Assembly: GCF_964213995.1 (NCBI RefSeq)
Contig: NC_135808.1
Coordinates: 1,798,001-1,862,000 of the forward strand
DNA length: 64,000 nt
Direction of reading: 5' to 3'
Source of the DNA: Mustelus asterias
Taxonomy: Eukaryota
The notes beneath the pieces are model-generated. The model had not been told where the DNA came from and searched no databases. It was given only the letters and a program-made list of their open reading frames with translations. Made by a program: the position numbers and the translations under genes. Below are positions 39,471 through 51,100 of the stretch, piece by piece (position 1 is the stretch's first letter; the number at the start of each line of letters is the position of its first letter).

Positions 39471-41024
39471 GTCCTATGCTAAACTGACAGGTGGAGACGC
39501 AAATTTTGCTGCATCAGCCCGCTTTGCTGCAGGAGCGGACAGAGATTCGGGAGAGGGTCAGCTTTCAACCCACGGGACCATCATCAGCCTAGTTGGCTAC
39601 CATTTTCTCTTGGGGAAGGCAATGGCGTAACGGTATTGTCACTGTAATCCAGAGACCCCGGGCGAGGGCAGGCAATGGCCCAGTGGTAATATCGCTGGAT
39701 TATTAATCCAGAAACTCAGCTAACATTCTGGGGACCCGGGTTCGAATCCCGCCACAGCAGATGGTGGAATTTGAATTCAATTAGAAATATCTGGAATTAA
39801 GAATCTACTGATGACCATGAAACCATTGTCGGAAAAACCCATCTGGTTCACGAATGTCCTTTAGGAAAGGAAATCCTTACCTGGTCTGGCCCACATGTGG
39901 CTCCAGAGCCACAGCAATATGGTCGACTCTCAACTACCCTCAGGCAACTAGGGATGGGCAGTAAATGCTGGCCAGCCAGCGACACCCATGTCCCATGAAT
40001 GAGTTCAGAGAATCATAGAATCCTAGAATCCCTACAGTACAGGAGGCGGCCATTTGGCCCATCGAGTCTACACTGGCCATAATCCCACCCAGGCCATATT
40101 TCCATAACCCTAATTTACCCTGCTAATCTCCCTGACACTGGGGTCAATTTAGCACAGCCAATCAACCTAACCCGCACATCCTTTGGAGTTAAGGGTAAAG
40201 CAATTGAAAACCTATCAATCTCATTCTTGAATGTTTTAATTGCCCCCCCCATCCCCGCAACACGCCAACCACCCCCCCCCCCCCCGAACCCCACCCCCCA
40301 GCATCACGCCAACCCCCGGCAACACACCAACCCCCAGCAACATGCCAACCACGCCCCCCACCCCCACCCCCCAGCAACACGCCAACCCCCGGCAACACGC
40401 CAACCCCCGGCAACACATCAACCCCCAGCAACACGCCAACCTCCCCCCATTCCCCGACCCAACATGCACCTTTGGGGAGAGAGTTCCTACTATCCCTGAA
40501 TGGCCTGATTGTGATTAAAAACTATTCCCCCTTATTCTTGATCCCTCACTAAGAGAATATTCCTTCGATTCTGTTTTTATTTAACTAATGAGCATTGTGG
40601 GTAAATCAATATTGTCAAAAAGGCTCCAGATAATGTCGCAATAGCTGCAGTTTGTACAGCAATTTTCTTCAGAGCTCACAGTCATGTTATCAAAGAATAT
40701 TTGGTGCCAATGAGCTTAGACAGAGAGAAAGAGAGAGACTGAGTTTTATTTTGCAGGGAGAGAGTTGTGATGGGGTTTAAGGATGGAATTGAGGACTCCA
40801 GAATCCAGGCAGCTGAAGGCACGGCTGCCAGCGGTGGAGCGATTAAGATTGGGAATGCAGGAGACTTGAATGAGTGCAGATGTTGCGCGGGGTTATGGAG
40901 CTGGAAGAGATTACAGACATGGGGAGGTGGACGGAGGGACAGGCGAGGCCGGGGAGGCATTTGCAAACAATGGGGAGAATTTTACAATCACGGTGCGGAA
41001 TTTTCTGTTCCCCGCACCGCGAGA

Positions 41025-41810
41025 GATATAGAAAGAGATAGAGAATCTGGTGAACTGGTGCAGCGACAATAATCTCTCCCTCAATGTCAACAAAATGAAG
41101 GAGATTGTCATCGACTTCAGGAAGCTCAGTGGAGAACATGCCCCTGTCTACATCAATGGAGATGAAGTAGAAATGGTCGAGAGCTTCTGATTTCTAGGTG
41201 TCCAGATCACCAACAACCTATCCTGGTCCCCCCATGCTGACACTCTAGTTAAGAAAGTCCACCAATGCCTCTACTTTCTCAGAAGACTAAGGAAATTTGG
41301 TGTGTCTATTACAACTCTCACCAACATTTACAGATGCACCATAGAAAGCATTCTTTCTGGTTGTATCACAGCTTGGTATGGCTCCTGCTCTGTCCAAGAC
41401 CGCAAGAAACTACAAAGGGTCGTGAATGTAGCCCAGTCCATCACACAAACCAGCCTCCCATCCATTGACTCTGTCTACACTTCCTGCCGCCTCGGAAGAA
41501 TAATTAAGGACCCCACGCCCCGGACATACTCTCTTCCACATTCTTCCGTCGGGAAAAAGATACAAAAGTCTGAGGTCACGTACCAACCGACTCAAGAACA
41601 GCTTCTTCCCTGCTGCTGTCAGACTTTTGAATGGACCTACCTCGCACTAAGTTGATCTTTCTCCACACCCTAGCTATAACTGGCACACTACATTCTGCAC
41701 TCTCTCCTTTCCTTCTCTATGAATGGTATGCTTTGTCTGTATAGCGCGCAAGAAACAATACTTTTCACTGTATGATAATACATGTGACAATAATAAATCA
41801 AATCAAATCA
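41025..41810 (+). mobile_element. Rex1/Babar-like LINE 3' fragment
   Basis: Matches 18565-19330; AATAAATCAAATC tail. Confidence 0.8.
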
Positions 41811-42844
41811 GTGATCAGGCTGAGGTGAGAACTCAGGCGTAGAGCTTGCAGGCTGATTATTGAGCACACGGTGCAGGAGGAATCGGGCATCTGGATGGGC
41901 AAATCCGGCTCCAGTGTGCCACGGGTCTTGCGAGTGAATGCAGGAGATTTACTTTTATTAATTTGTGGGACGTGGGCGTCGCTGGCTGGGCCAGCATTCA
42001 TTGCACATCCCTAATTACCCCTGAGAAGGTGGTGGTGAGCTGCCTTCTTGAATCGCTGCGCTCCATGTTCTGTGGGTTGACCCACAATGCCGTTAGGGAG
42101 GGGCCTTAAAGGCAGCATCATGGCACAGGCGTCCTGGACCCTGCCATCGCCAACTTCCAGCAGTGGTCCCCTTACACAGCGGGTGGTTGGGAGGACCACA
42201 CCGTGACACGTTAAACATCCACAGACCCTGTCCATTAGGTCCTGGAGATCCGACAGGAAGGAGGTGTAATTCCCAGCCCCTCCGGGAGATTGTATCTCCA
42301 TAAACACTTTGACGCAATAGTATGCCATAGGCTGTTTTGTCCCATTGAGGTCCCCATAGGCTGCCCGGAATGGGCCTGTTGTGAAGGAGCCTCAGCACCA
42401 GCCAGTGTCACCTTCAATGTGACAGACAGCGAGTGGCCCCCAGCACTGCTAAGCCTGTGAGGATCTCATGTAGTGAAAGCCTGATTAACTTATTTATGTA
42501 TTTCTTTATTCGTCACAAGTCGGCTTACATTAACACCATAATGAAGTTACTGTGAAAATCCCCTAGTCGCCACACTCCGGCGCCTGTTCAGGGACACTGA
42601 GGGAGAATTTAGCACGGCCAATGCACCTAACCAGCACATCTTTCAGAATGTGGGAGGAAACCAGAGCACCCGGAGAAAACCCACGCAGACACGGGGAGAA
42701 TGTGCAGACTCCACACAGACAGTGACCCAAGCCGAGAATTGAACCTGGGTCCCTGGCGCTGTGAGGCAGCAGTGCTAACCACTCTGCAACCATACCTGAG
42801 TCACTGTACTCAGGTATTGGGTACTGCTCGGTTTCGGGTAGTTA

Positions 42845-43200
42845 GGAGAGGCAATGGCCAAGTGGTATTATCACTGGACTATTAATCCAGAAACTCAACT
42901 AATCTTCTGGGACCCGGGTTCGAATCCCGCCACGGCAGATTTTGAATTCAATTTTTAAAAAACTAGAATTTGGAAATTACTGACGACCATGAAACACTTG
43001 TCGATTGTCAGAAAAACCCATCTGGTTCACTAATGTCCTTTAGGGAAGGAAATCTGCCGTCCTTACCTGGCCTGGCCCACATGTGACTCCAGAGCCACAG
43101 CAATGTGGTTGACTCTCAACTGCCCTCTAAGGGAAACTAGGGATGGGCAATAAATGCTGGCCAGCCGGCGACGCCCATGTCCCACAAATGAATAAAAAAA
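42845..43200 (+). mobile_element. Second tRNA-headed SINE family, probably Deu-domain (SacSINE-like); other copies about 10460-10800, 13445-13890, 39620-40000, 57330-57545, 60730-61090
   Basis: Recurrent unit ggcaatggcc..gtggtatt...ccgggttcgaatccc...gggcaataaatgctggcc..gccagcgacgcccacatcc; family name is from memory. Confidence 0.6.
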
Positions 43201-43866
43201 ACTATATTCCTGCCTGTTTACCCCCAGGGCAGTATAAGTTAATCTTCACCTCCGTCAAGGGTTTCTGGGATCCTCCTGACCCTCGGAGTCGGTGCTACTC
43301 TGTCCCCTTCCTGAGGAACCACAGCTTCCTGAGCCTCCATGTTCCCTTCTTCCTCTTACCCTCCTCCTCCACCTTCCTGGAGTCTGTGTTCCCCACTGAG
43401 AGCATAATGTGTATCTGTCTCAGAGATGTCTCACCCTTCCCCCTGCGTAATCGACTGGAAAATAATCATTCACAAGAGCTCTCTGAATCAGAGGAGAATC
43501 CTCCATCACACAAACCAGCCTCCCATCCATTGACTCTGTCTACACTTCCTGCTGCCTCGGCAAAGCAGCCAGCATAATTAAGGACCCCACACACCCCGGA
43601 CATTCTCTCTTCCACATTCTTCCATCGGGAAAAAGATACAAAAGTCTGAGATCACGTACCAACTGACTCAAGAACAGCTTCTTCCCTGCTGTTGTCAGAC
43701 TTTTGAATGGACCTACCTTATATTAAGTTGATCTTTCTCTACACCCGAGCTATGACTGACTACATTCTGCACTCTCTCCTTTCCTTCTCCCCTATGTACT
43801 CTATAAATGGTATGTTTTGTCTGTATAGCGCGCAAGAAACAATACTTTTCACTGTATCCCGACAAT

Positions 43867-44200
43867 AATAAATCAAATCAAATCAAACCAAATCAAAATC
43901 AAATCCAATCCAATCGAATCCAATTAAAATCAAATCAAATCAAAACAAAATCAAATCAAAATCCAATCCAATCCAATCAAAATCAAAATCAAAATCAAAA
44001 TCAAATCAAACCAAATCAAAATCAAAATCCAATCCAATCCAATCAAAATCAAAATCAAAATCAAAATCAAATCAAATCAAAATCAAATCAAAATCCAATC
44101 CAATCCAATCAAATCAATTCCAACCAAATCAAAATCAAATCAACTCAAATCAACTCAAATCAAATCAAATCAAATCAACTCAAATCAAATCAAATCAAAT
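43867..44200 (+). repeat. (AAATC)n microsatellite, expanded LINE 3' tail
   Basis: Directly follows aataataaatc of a Rex1-like 3' end. Confidence 0.95.
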
Positions 44201-45096
44201 CCTGATGAAACAATATCCAAAAGGTTCCACTGCTCACTCACATGGGCAGTTCCTGCAGTTAATGAAGTGTTAACTATGAAACTGAGACTCTGGTCTCAGC
44301 TGCAGTTTAAAAACCGGCTCAAACAAACTCTTCTATTAAACAACAGATTCTCTGCCCATTGTAATCCTGACTCTGAAGGTGTATTATTGTCTGATGACAG
44401 GATTGGAGCAGTAAGTTGGGGTCTCAATGACATTACGTTGCCTTCCTCAATTTCCATTGGAAGAACTCAGGCGACTTTCTGACTCTCTGACCAGCCGCGG
44501 ACTGGCCTGTCGCAAACCGGCATCAGAAACAGTGCCTGACACCACACAGCCCACAGCATGCACTGCCAAACGGCGAACACTTTGAACCGCCATGGGAATC
44601 GGAGCGGGCGAGGGGCGGACCATGGGAAGGTCCTCAGGTGGGATTTTACGGTTTGCGGGGTGAGAGAGGCCGCGAAATTCCGCCCGATTCCCATCTGGGA
44701 AGCGCATTGTTCGGGACAGCGGATATCATTCGATGAAGGGGCCAGGTTTCAGAAAGAAATTTTCCATCTGCTGTACGGGGTAACATTGGCTTATTTATGC
44801 AGTGCTTCAAAAGTGAAAGATTAACCTGTACAGGCGGCTGTTGCAATCAGTGGATCACACTGGGCCGGGGGGGGGGGGGGGGGTGGGGTGGGGTGGGAGC
44901 GTACATGACGGCAGGTCAGCATTTAGCAGTCTCCTGCCTTACTTCCAGCCCAGGCACTGAGCCAGTCAGAGGCGACCAGATGCCCCTCAATCAGCTCGAC
45001 TGGGCCTAACATCCAAACCAGAGTGCGGGCAGCGGAGTGGCGCGGCATTCGCAGAGGAAACCCACGTCTCCCAGATTCAGCTGCGAGGCTCGGAAA

Positions 45097-45133
45097 ATGT
45101 GGCAAGCGTGGCTCTTGCTCGCAACCCATGCCG
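45097..45133 (+). CDS. UrIg: Ig-like gene exon 1: leader peptide [12 protein letters not shown](G)
   Basis: aaaATG (A at -3), hydrophobic run, phase-1 donor GCCG|GTACGG. Splicing to the V exon gives [22 protein letters not shown], a typical split Ig leader with a small-residue cleavage site. Confidence 0.75.
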
Positions 45134-48100
45134 GTACGGTGCTGCCCGTTTTGGTGTTGTTTTCCTCCCCTCCTTCCCCACCCTCCCCTGCCTTTCCTCC
45201 TCTGCCTGTCTCGAAGTAAAGGGGGTCACAGTGGAGACGAGGGAAATCGGAGTGATTCTCCTCCCACTGTTCAGAGGCAGCCTCACATCCATTGACTCTG
45301 TCTACACTTCCCGCTGCCTCGGCAAAGCAGCCGGCATAATTAAGGACCCCACGTACCCCGGACATTCTCTCTTCCACCTTCTTCTGTCGGGAAAAATATA
45401 CAAAAGTCTGAGGTCACGTACCAACCGACTCAAGAACAGCTTCTTCCCTGCTGCTGTCAGACGTTCGAATGGACCTACCTCGCATTAAGTTGATCTTTCT
45501 CTACACCCTAGCTATGACTGTCACACTACATTCTGCACTCTCTCGTACCCTTCTCTATGAACGCTAATACATCTGACAATAAGAAATCAAATCAAATCTG
45601 ATCAAGGAGTTGAATGGAGGCTCGCTGCTGTGAGTTAGAATCTGGACTCTCATCCTTCCTGCTGTTTTCACCCACTTTTCCCGACAGATTCTAGTCTATT
45701 TTTCCAAAGAGAGTTGGACAATTACCTGAAGAGGTTATGCTTCACTTGTACAGGGTATTGGTGAGACCACATCTGGACTACTGTGTACTGTGTCGGTCAC
45801 CTTATAGAGTCACGCAGTGCAGAAGAGGCCCTTCGGCCCATCAACACGACACGTGAGAAACACCTGACCTCCCACCCAATCCCAGCACTTGGCCCGTCGC
45901 CCTGAATGTTATGATATACCAAGTGCTGATCCAGGTATTTTTTTAAAGGATGTGAGGCATCCCGCCTCTCCCAGGCAGCGCATTCCAGACCCTCACCACC
46001 CTCTGGGGAAAAAGGTTTTTCCTCACATGCCCCCAAACCTCCTGCCCCTCACCGTGAACCTATGTCCCCTCTTGACTGACCCTTCAACTCAGGCGGAACA
46101 GCTGCTCCTTTATAGAATCATAGAATCCCTACAGTGCAGAAGGAGGCCATTTGGCCCATCGAGTCTGCACCGACCACAATCCACCCAGACCCTATCCCCG
46201 CAACCCTCAGTTACTCTGCCAATCCCCCTAACACTAGGGCCAATCTATCATGGCCAATCAACCTAACTCACACATCTTTGGACTGTGGGAGGAAACCGGA
46301 GCACCCGGAGGATAGACTGTTACTATCCCAGTCTACATTCGATTAAGTCCCCATTGTAAGCACTCTACAATTCTTGCACATTCTGTAATGTCCTTGCAGA
46401 TTTGTTCTCTGTCGTGCTCACTGCCTGCTAGACTATGGAATACACCCAGATGCTCCTTAACTCGAACCAGAGGGATTATGGGCGGGACTTCCCGGCTGCA
46501 CTCGCCCCAAAACCGGAAAATCCCGCCCGAGGTCAATGAACCTTTGTATGGTCCCCCCCCTCCCCCCGCGCCCCCCCCTCCCCCCGCGCCCCCCCCTCCC
46601 CCCGCGCCCCCCCCTCCCCCCACGCCCCCCCCTCCCCCGCCCCCCCCCCCCCCCCCCCCGCCTGCTACACTTCTCATGGCGGACACAATGGGGCAACTCC
46701 ACCCCTGTATGTTTGACTTCTTTAGGAGTGTAAGCTTTTCCTTCAGCAACACTGACACCTCTCCGTCTCTCGTTCCTTCTCGACCTCTCCTTGTGCCCAG
46801 GGATATTTCATAGTCTTGTCCTTCTTTAGAACCCGGTCTCCATTATAACCACACCACCTTATCTCCATGTGGCTCTCTGAGCCTGTGACTTACTGACCTT
46901 AATTCCCGCAGCCCGTGCATTCACATCACAGACGGTAAACCTCATTTCAACTGTATTTCACTCCATCTTACTCTGACCCCACCTAACACCTCACTCTTTC
47001 CGCCGTCTGTCTCTCCCAACTTACTGATTTGATTTGACTTGATTGATTATTGTCACATGTATTAGAATACAGTGAAAAGTATTGTTTCTTGCACGCTATA
47101 CAAAGCATACCGTTCATAGAGAAGGAAAGGAGAGAATGCAGAGTGTAGTGTTACACTCATAGCTAGGGTGTAGAGAAACAAACAAAGAACAAGAACAAAG
47201 AACAGTACAGCACAGGAAACAGGCCCTTCGGCCCTCCAAGCCTGTGCCGCTCCTTGGTCCAACTAGACCAATCGTTTGTATCCCTCCATTCCCAGGCTGC
47301 TCATGTGACTATCCAGGTAAGTCTTAAACGATGTCAGCGTGCCTGCCTCCACCACCCTACTTGGCAGCGCATTCCAGGCCCCCACCACCCTCTGTGTAAA
47401 AAATGTCCCTCTGATGTCGGAGTTATACTTCGCCCCTCTCAGCTTGAGCCCGTGACCCCTCGTGATCGTCACCTCCGACCTGGGAAAAAGCTTCCCACTG
47501 TTCACCCTATCTATACCCTTCATAATCTTGTATACCTCTATTAGATCTCCCCTCATTCTCCGTCTTTCCAAAGAGAACAACCCCAGTCTACCCAATCTCT
47601 CCTCATAGCTAAGACCCTCCATACCAGGTAACATCCTGGTAAACCTTCTCTGCAGTCTCTCCAATGCCTCCATGTCCTTCTGGTAGTGCGGCGACCAGAA
47701 CTGGATGCAGTACTCCAAATGTGGCCTAACCAGCGTTCTATACAGCTGCATCATCAGACTCCAGCTTTTATACTCTATACCCCGTCCTATAAAGGCAAGC
47801 ATACCATATGCCTTCTTCACCACCTTCTCCACCTGTGTTGCCACCTTCAAGGATTTGTGGACTTGCACACCTAGGTCCCTCTGTGTTTCTATACTCCTGA
47901 TGACTCTGCCATTTATTGTATAACTCCTCCCTACATTATTTCTTCCAAAATGCATCACTTCGCATTTATCCGGATTAAACTCCATCTGCCACCTCTCCGC
48001 CCAATTTTCCAGCCTATCTATATCCTGCTGTTTTGCCCGACAATGCTCTTCGCTATCCGCAATTCCAGCCATCTTCGTGTCATCCGCAAACTTGCTGATG

Positions 48101-51100
48101 ACACCAGTTACACCTTCTTCCAAATCATTTATATATATCACAAATAGCAGATCAATAGAAAGATCGACTTTATGCGCGGTAAGTCCATTCAAAAGTCTGA
48201 CAGCAGCAGGGAAGGAGCTGTTCTTGAGTCGGTTGGTAAGTGACCTCAGACTTTTGTATCTTTTTCCCGATGGAAGAAGGTAGAAGAGAGAATGTCTGGG
48301 GTGCGTGGGGTCCTTGATTATGCTGGCTGCTCTTCCAAGGCAGCGGGAAGTGTAGACAGAGTCAATGGATGGGAGACTGGTTCTTCCTCTCCGATTTTGC
48401 CTCCTGGTTCTCACACCTCTGCCAGGTTTGTGGGGCCGCTACCCAGTAATGTGACCAAATGGCCCTGCCGGGGAACTTGGTCTTGGCTTTGTCTATGTGC
48501 AACCTGCCTGAATTAACCAGATCCCATCTCCCAGCGGACAGGTTATCCGTCCTGTACCAGCTCCCCAGCCTGCATCTGCTCCATCCACCTATTCCTACAC
48601 TTACCAGTGCTCAGTACTGGGAGTAATCCAGAGATTCTGAGATCCTACTTGGTAGCTTCTACTCTGGCTTCAGAAACCCATGCCTCTCTCTGTGTCTTCA
48701 TTGGCTGTAAAGCACTTTGACACATCATAAGGTGCTCTGGTTTCCTCCCACACTCCAAAGATGTGCAGGTTAGGTGGATTGGCCATGCTAAATTGTCCCT
48801 TAATGTCCAAAGATGTGCAGGTTAGGTGGATTGGCCATGCTAAATTGTCCCTTAGTGTCCAAAGATGTGCGGGTTAGGTGGATTGGCCATGCTAAATTGC
48901 CCCTTAGTGTCCCAAGACGTGTAAGTTTGGTGGATTGGCCATGCTAAGTTGCCCCTTAGCATCCAAAGATGTGCGGGTTAGGTGGATTGGCCATGCTAAG
49001 TTACCCCTTAGTGTCCCAAGATGTGTAGGTTCGGTGGATTGGCCATGGTAAATTGCCCCTTAGCATCCAAAGATGTGCGGGTTAGGTGGATTGGCCATGA
49101 TGAAGTGTCCCCTAGTGACCGCAGATGTGTGGGTTAGGTGGATTGGCCATGCAGAATACCCCTTAGTATCCAAAGATGTGCGGGTTAGGTGGATTGGCTC
49201 TGATGAAGTGTCCCCTAGTGACCAAAGATGTGCGGGTTAGGTGGATTGGCCATGCTAAATTGCCCCTTAGTGTCCAAAGATGTGTGGGCTAGTGGGTTGG
49301 CCATGCTAAATGTGCAGAGTTACAGGGGTAGCGTGGGAGTGTGGGCCTGGATAAGATGTTATTTCGGAGGGTCAATGCAGACTCGATGGGCCGAATGGCC
49401 TCCTTCTGCACTGTAGGGATTCTATGGATTTATTTCAGAACAAGTCACTGTGTTAAAAATAACTGTCCTTCTTGCTGTGTTGCCAGTGATCTTGAAGCTT
49501 TTCCCCCCTCCTGTTGATGATTTGTCCACAGGTCTTGTTGCCGCTGACGACACTCTCTACATATCGCCCATATCCCTGACTCACTGGGAGAACGAGACAG
49601 TGACGCTGAACTGCTTCACTTCCAGGACCCTGGACAACTATTACTTCATCTGGGGCTCTGCCAAACCAGGGGATCTGATGATCTCCTGGATCCTTTACTG
49701 GACCCCGGGATCCAGTGCTGCGCTCTACCCTTCCGTTGTGACTGAGCGATTCATCGGCACAAAGGACTGGACCAGTAAGAAATTCTCCCTGACCATCCAG
49801 GGCCTTCGGAAGGAGGATTCGGCCAGATATTACTGCGGCAGCTCCAACACCTATTTCCCATTCAGCACTGATTGGAGTGGCTGTGGAGTTACTCTCAATG
49901 TCAAAGCCGGTAGGTTTCCAGCCTCATCTCCCTATTCCTATCCATCTTGCTGTCCAAACCTGTATGTCTTAACCTCTGTGGCAAATAAAGACACATCGAC
50001 TTTAAATACTTCAACACACTTTCCTTTATTCTGTAACTACAGTAAATACTTGCAATGCAAAAACCAAATTCTCACGAGCTGTTACTTTACTTAAGGTTGA
50101 TTTCCACTTGAAATTAAAACCTGGCCAGGATTTTGTTGTCACATGGAATCAGCCCTTTGTTCTCTTGTCCTTCTAGATGTTGTCTCTCCTTGTAAGCTTG
50201 GTTCTTCACACTGCCTTTCTGACCAAGCTCTCTGTGTTAGCAGAGTTAAAACTCCAAACGTTCCTTGGTAGCCAGCCAATGAATTGATCAGAAACCCCAA
50301 TTGCATGTTCGATTTGGCCAATCGAATACAGCCAGAATAATGTCATCAGTCACTCCAGACCCCATCATACATCGGCCCCTTAAATACATATTGTTTCCAT
50401 TTCAATGCTCAGATAAGGAAGACTGTCTCCAAGAGTCTATACAGAACTCATCCCTGCCAAGGACAGCTGTTAACTCTGACACCTTCTGTCCTTTGACGAA
50501 TTCCAGACCGCAAGAAATCCCAGCACAGTGAAAAATAACTTTAACCAAAAAAATCAGGTTTTCTCAATTGAAGATCTTCCAGCAGATTGAAAGTTAAAGA
50601 TCCATTCAGCCACAAGCTGACAGCAATCCGGCACGTGGGGAGATGGGGCACAGAGTGATAATCGCAGTAGGATAGGATACCAGCGCTCGGTAGTCAGACC
50701 AGTGCTCTGGGACACGGGTTCAAATCTCACCGCGGACACTGGTGGAATTTAAATCCCATTCATAAATTCTGGAAATGATGAAACTAGTCCCAGGAACAAT
50801 GGCAATAAAAACATTATCTGTTGTCATACCGACCCAGAGTGATCTTATAGCGGTCTATAAAATAATGAGAGGCATAGATCAGCTAGACAGTCAACTAGCA
50901 TGCTGCCGGGAATTGGTGGTTTGAGTTATAAGGAGAGGTTGGATGGACTGGGGCTTCTTTCTCTGGAGTGCAGCAGGCTGAGGGGTGATCTTATAGAGGT
51001 CTACAAAATAATGAGGGGCACAGATCAGATAGATAGTCAATATCTTTTTCCAAAGGTAGGGGAGTCTAAAACTAGAGGGCATAGGTTTAAGGTGAGAGGG

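Noticed and set aside
47263-48414. 383-aa ORF suggesting a fused RT protein
   Set aside because: Chance in-frame junction of a CR1 fragment nested in a Rex1-like fragment.
48365-48425. Alternative leader exon [20 protein letters not shown](G) with a phase-1 donor, in frame with the V exon
   Set aside because: The ATG lies in an antisense Rex1-like fragment and the rest in decayed antisense CR1 sequence; the donor GTTTGT is weak. The unique-sequence leader at 45097-45133 is a better fit.
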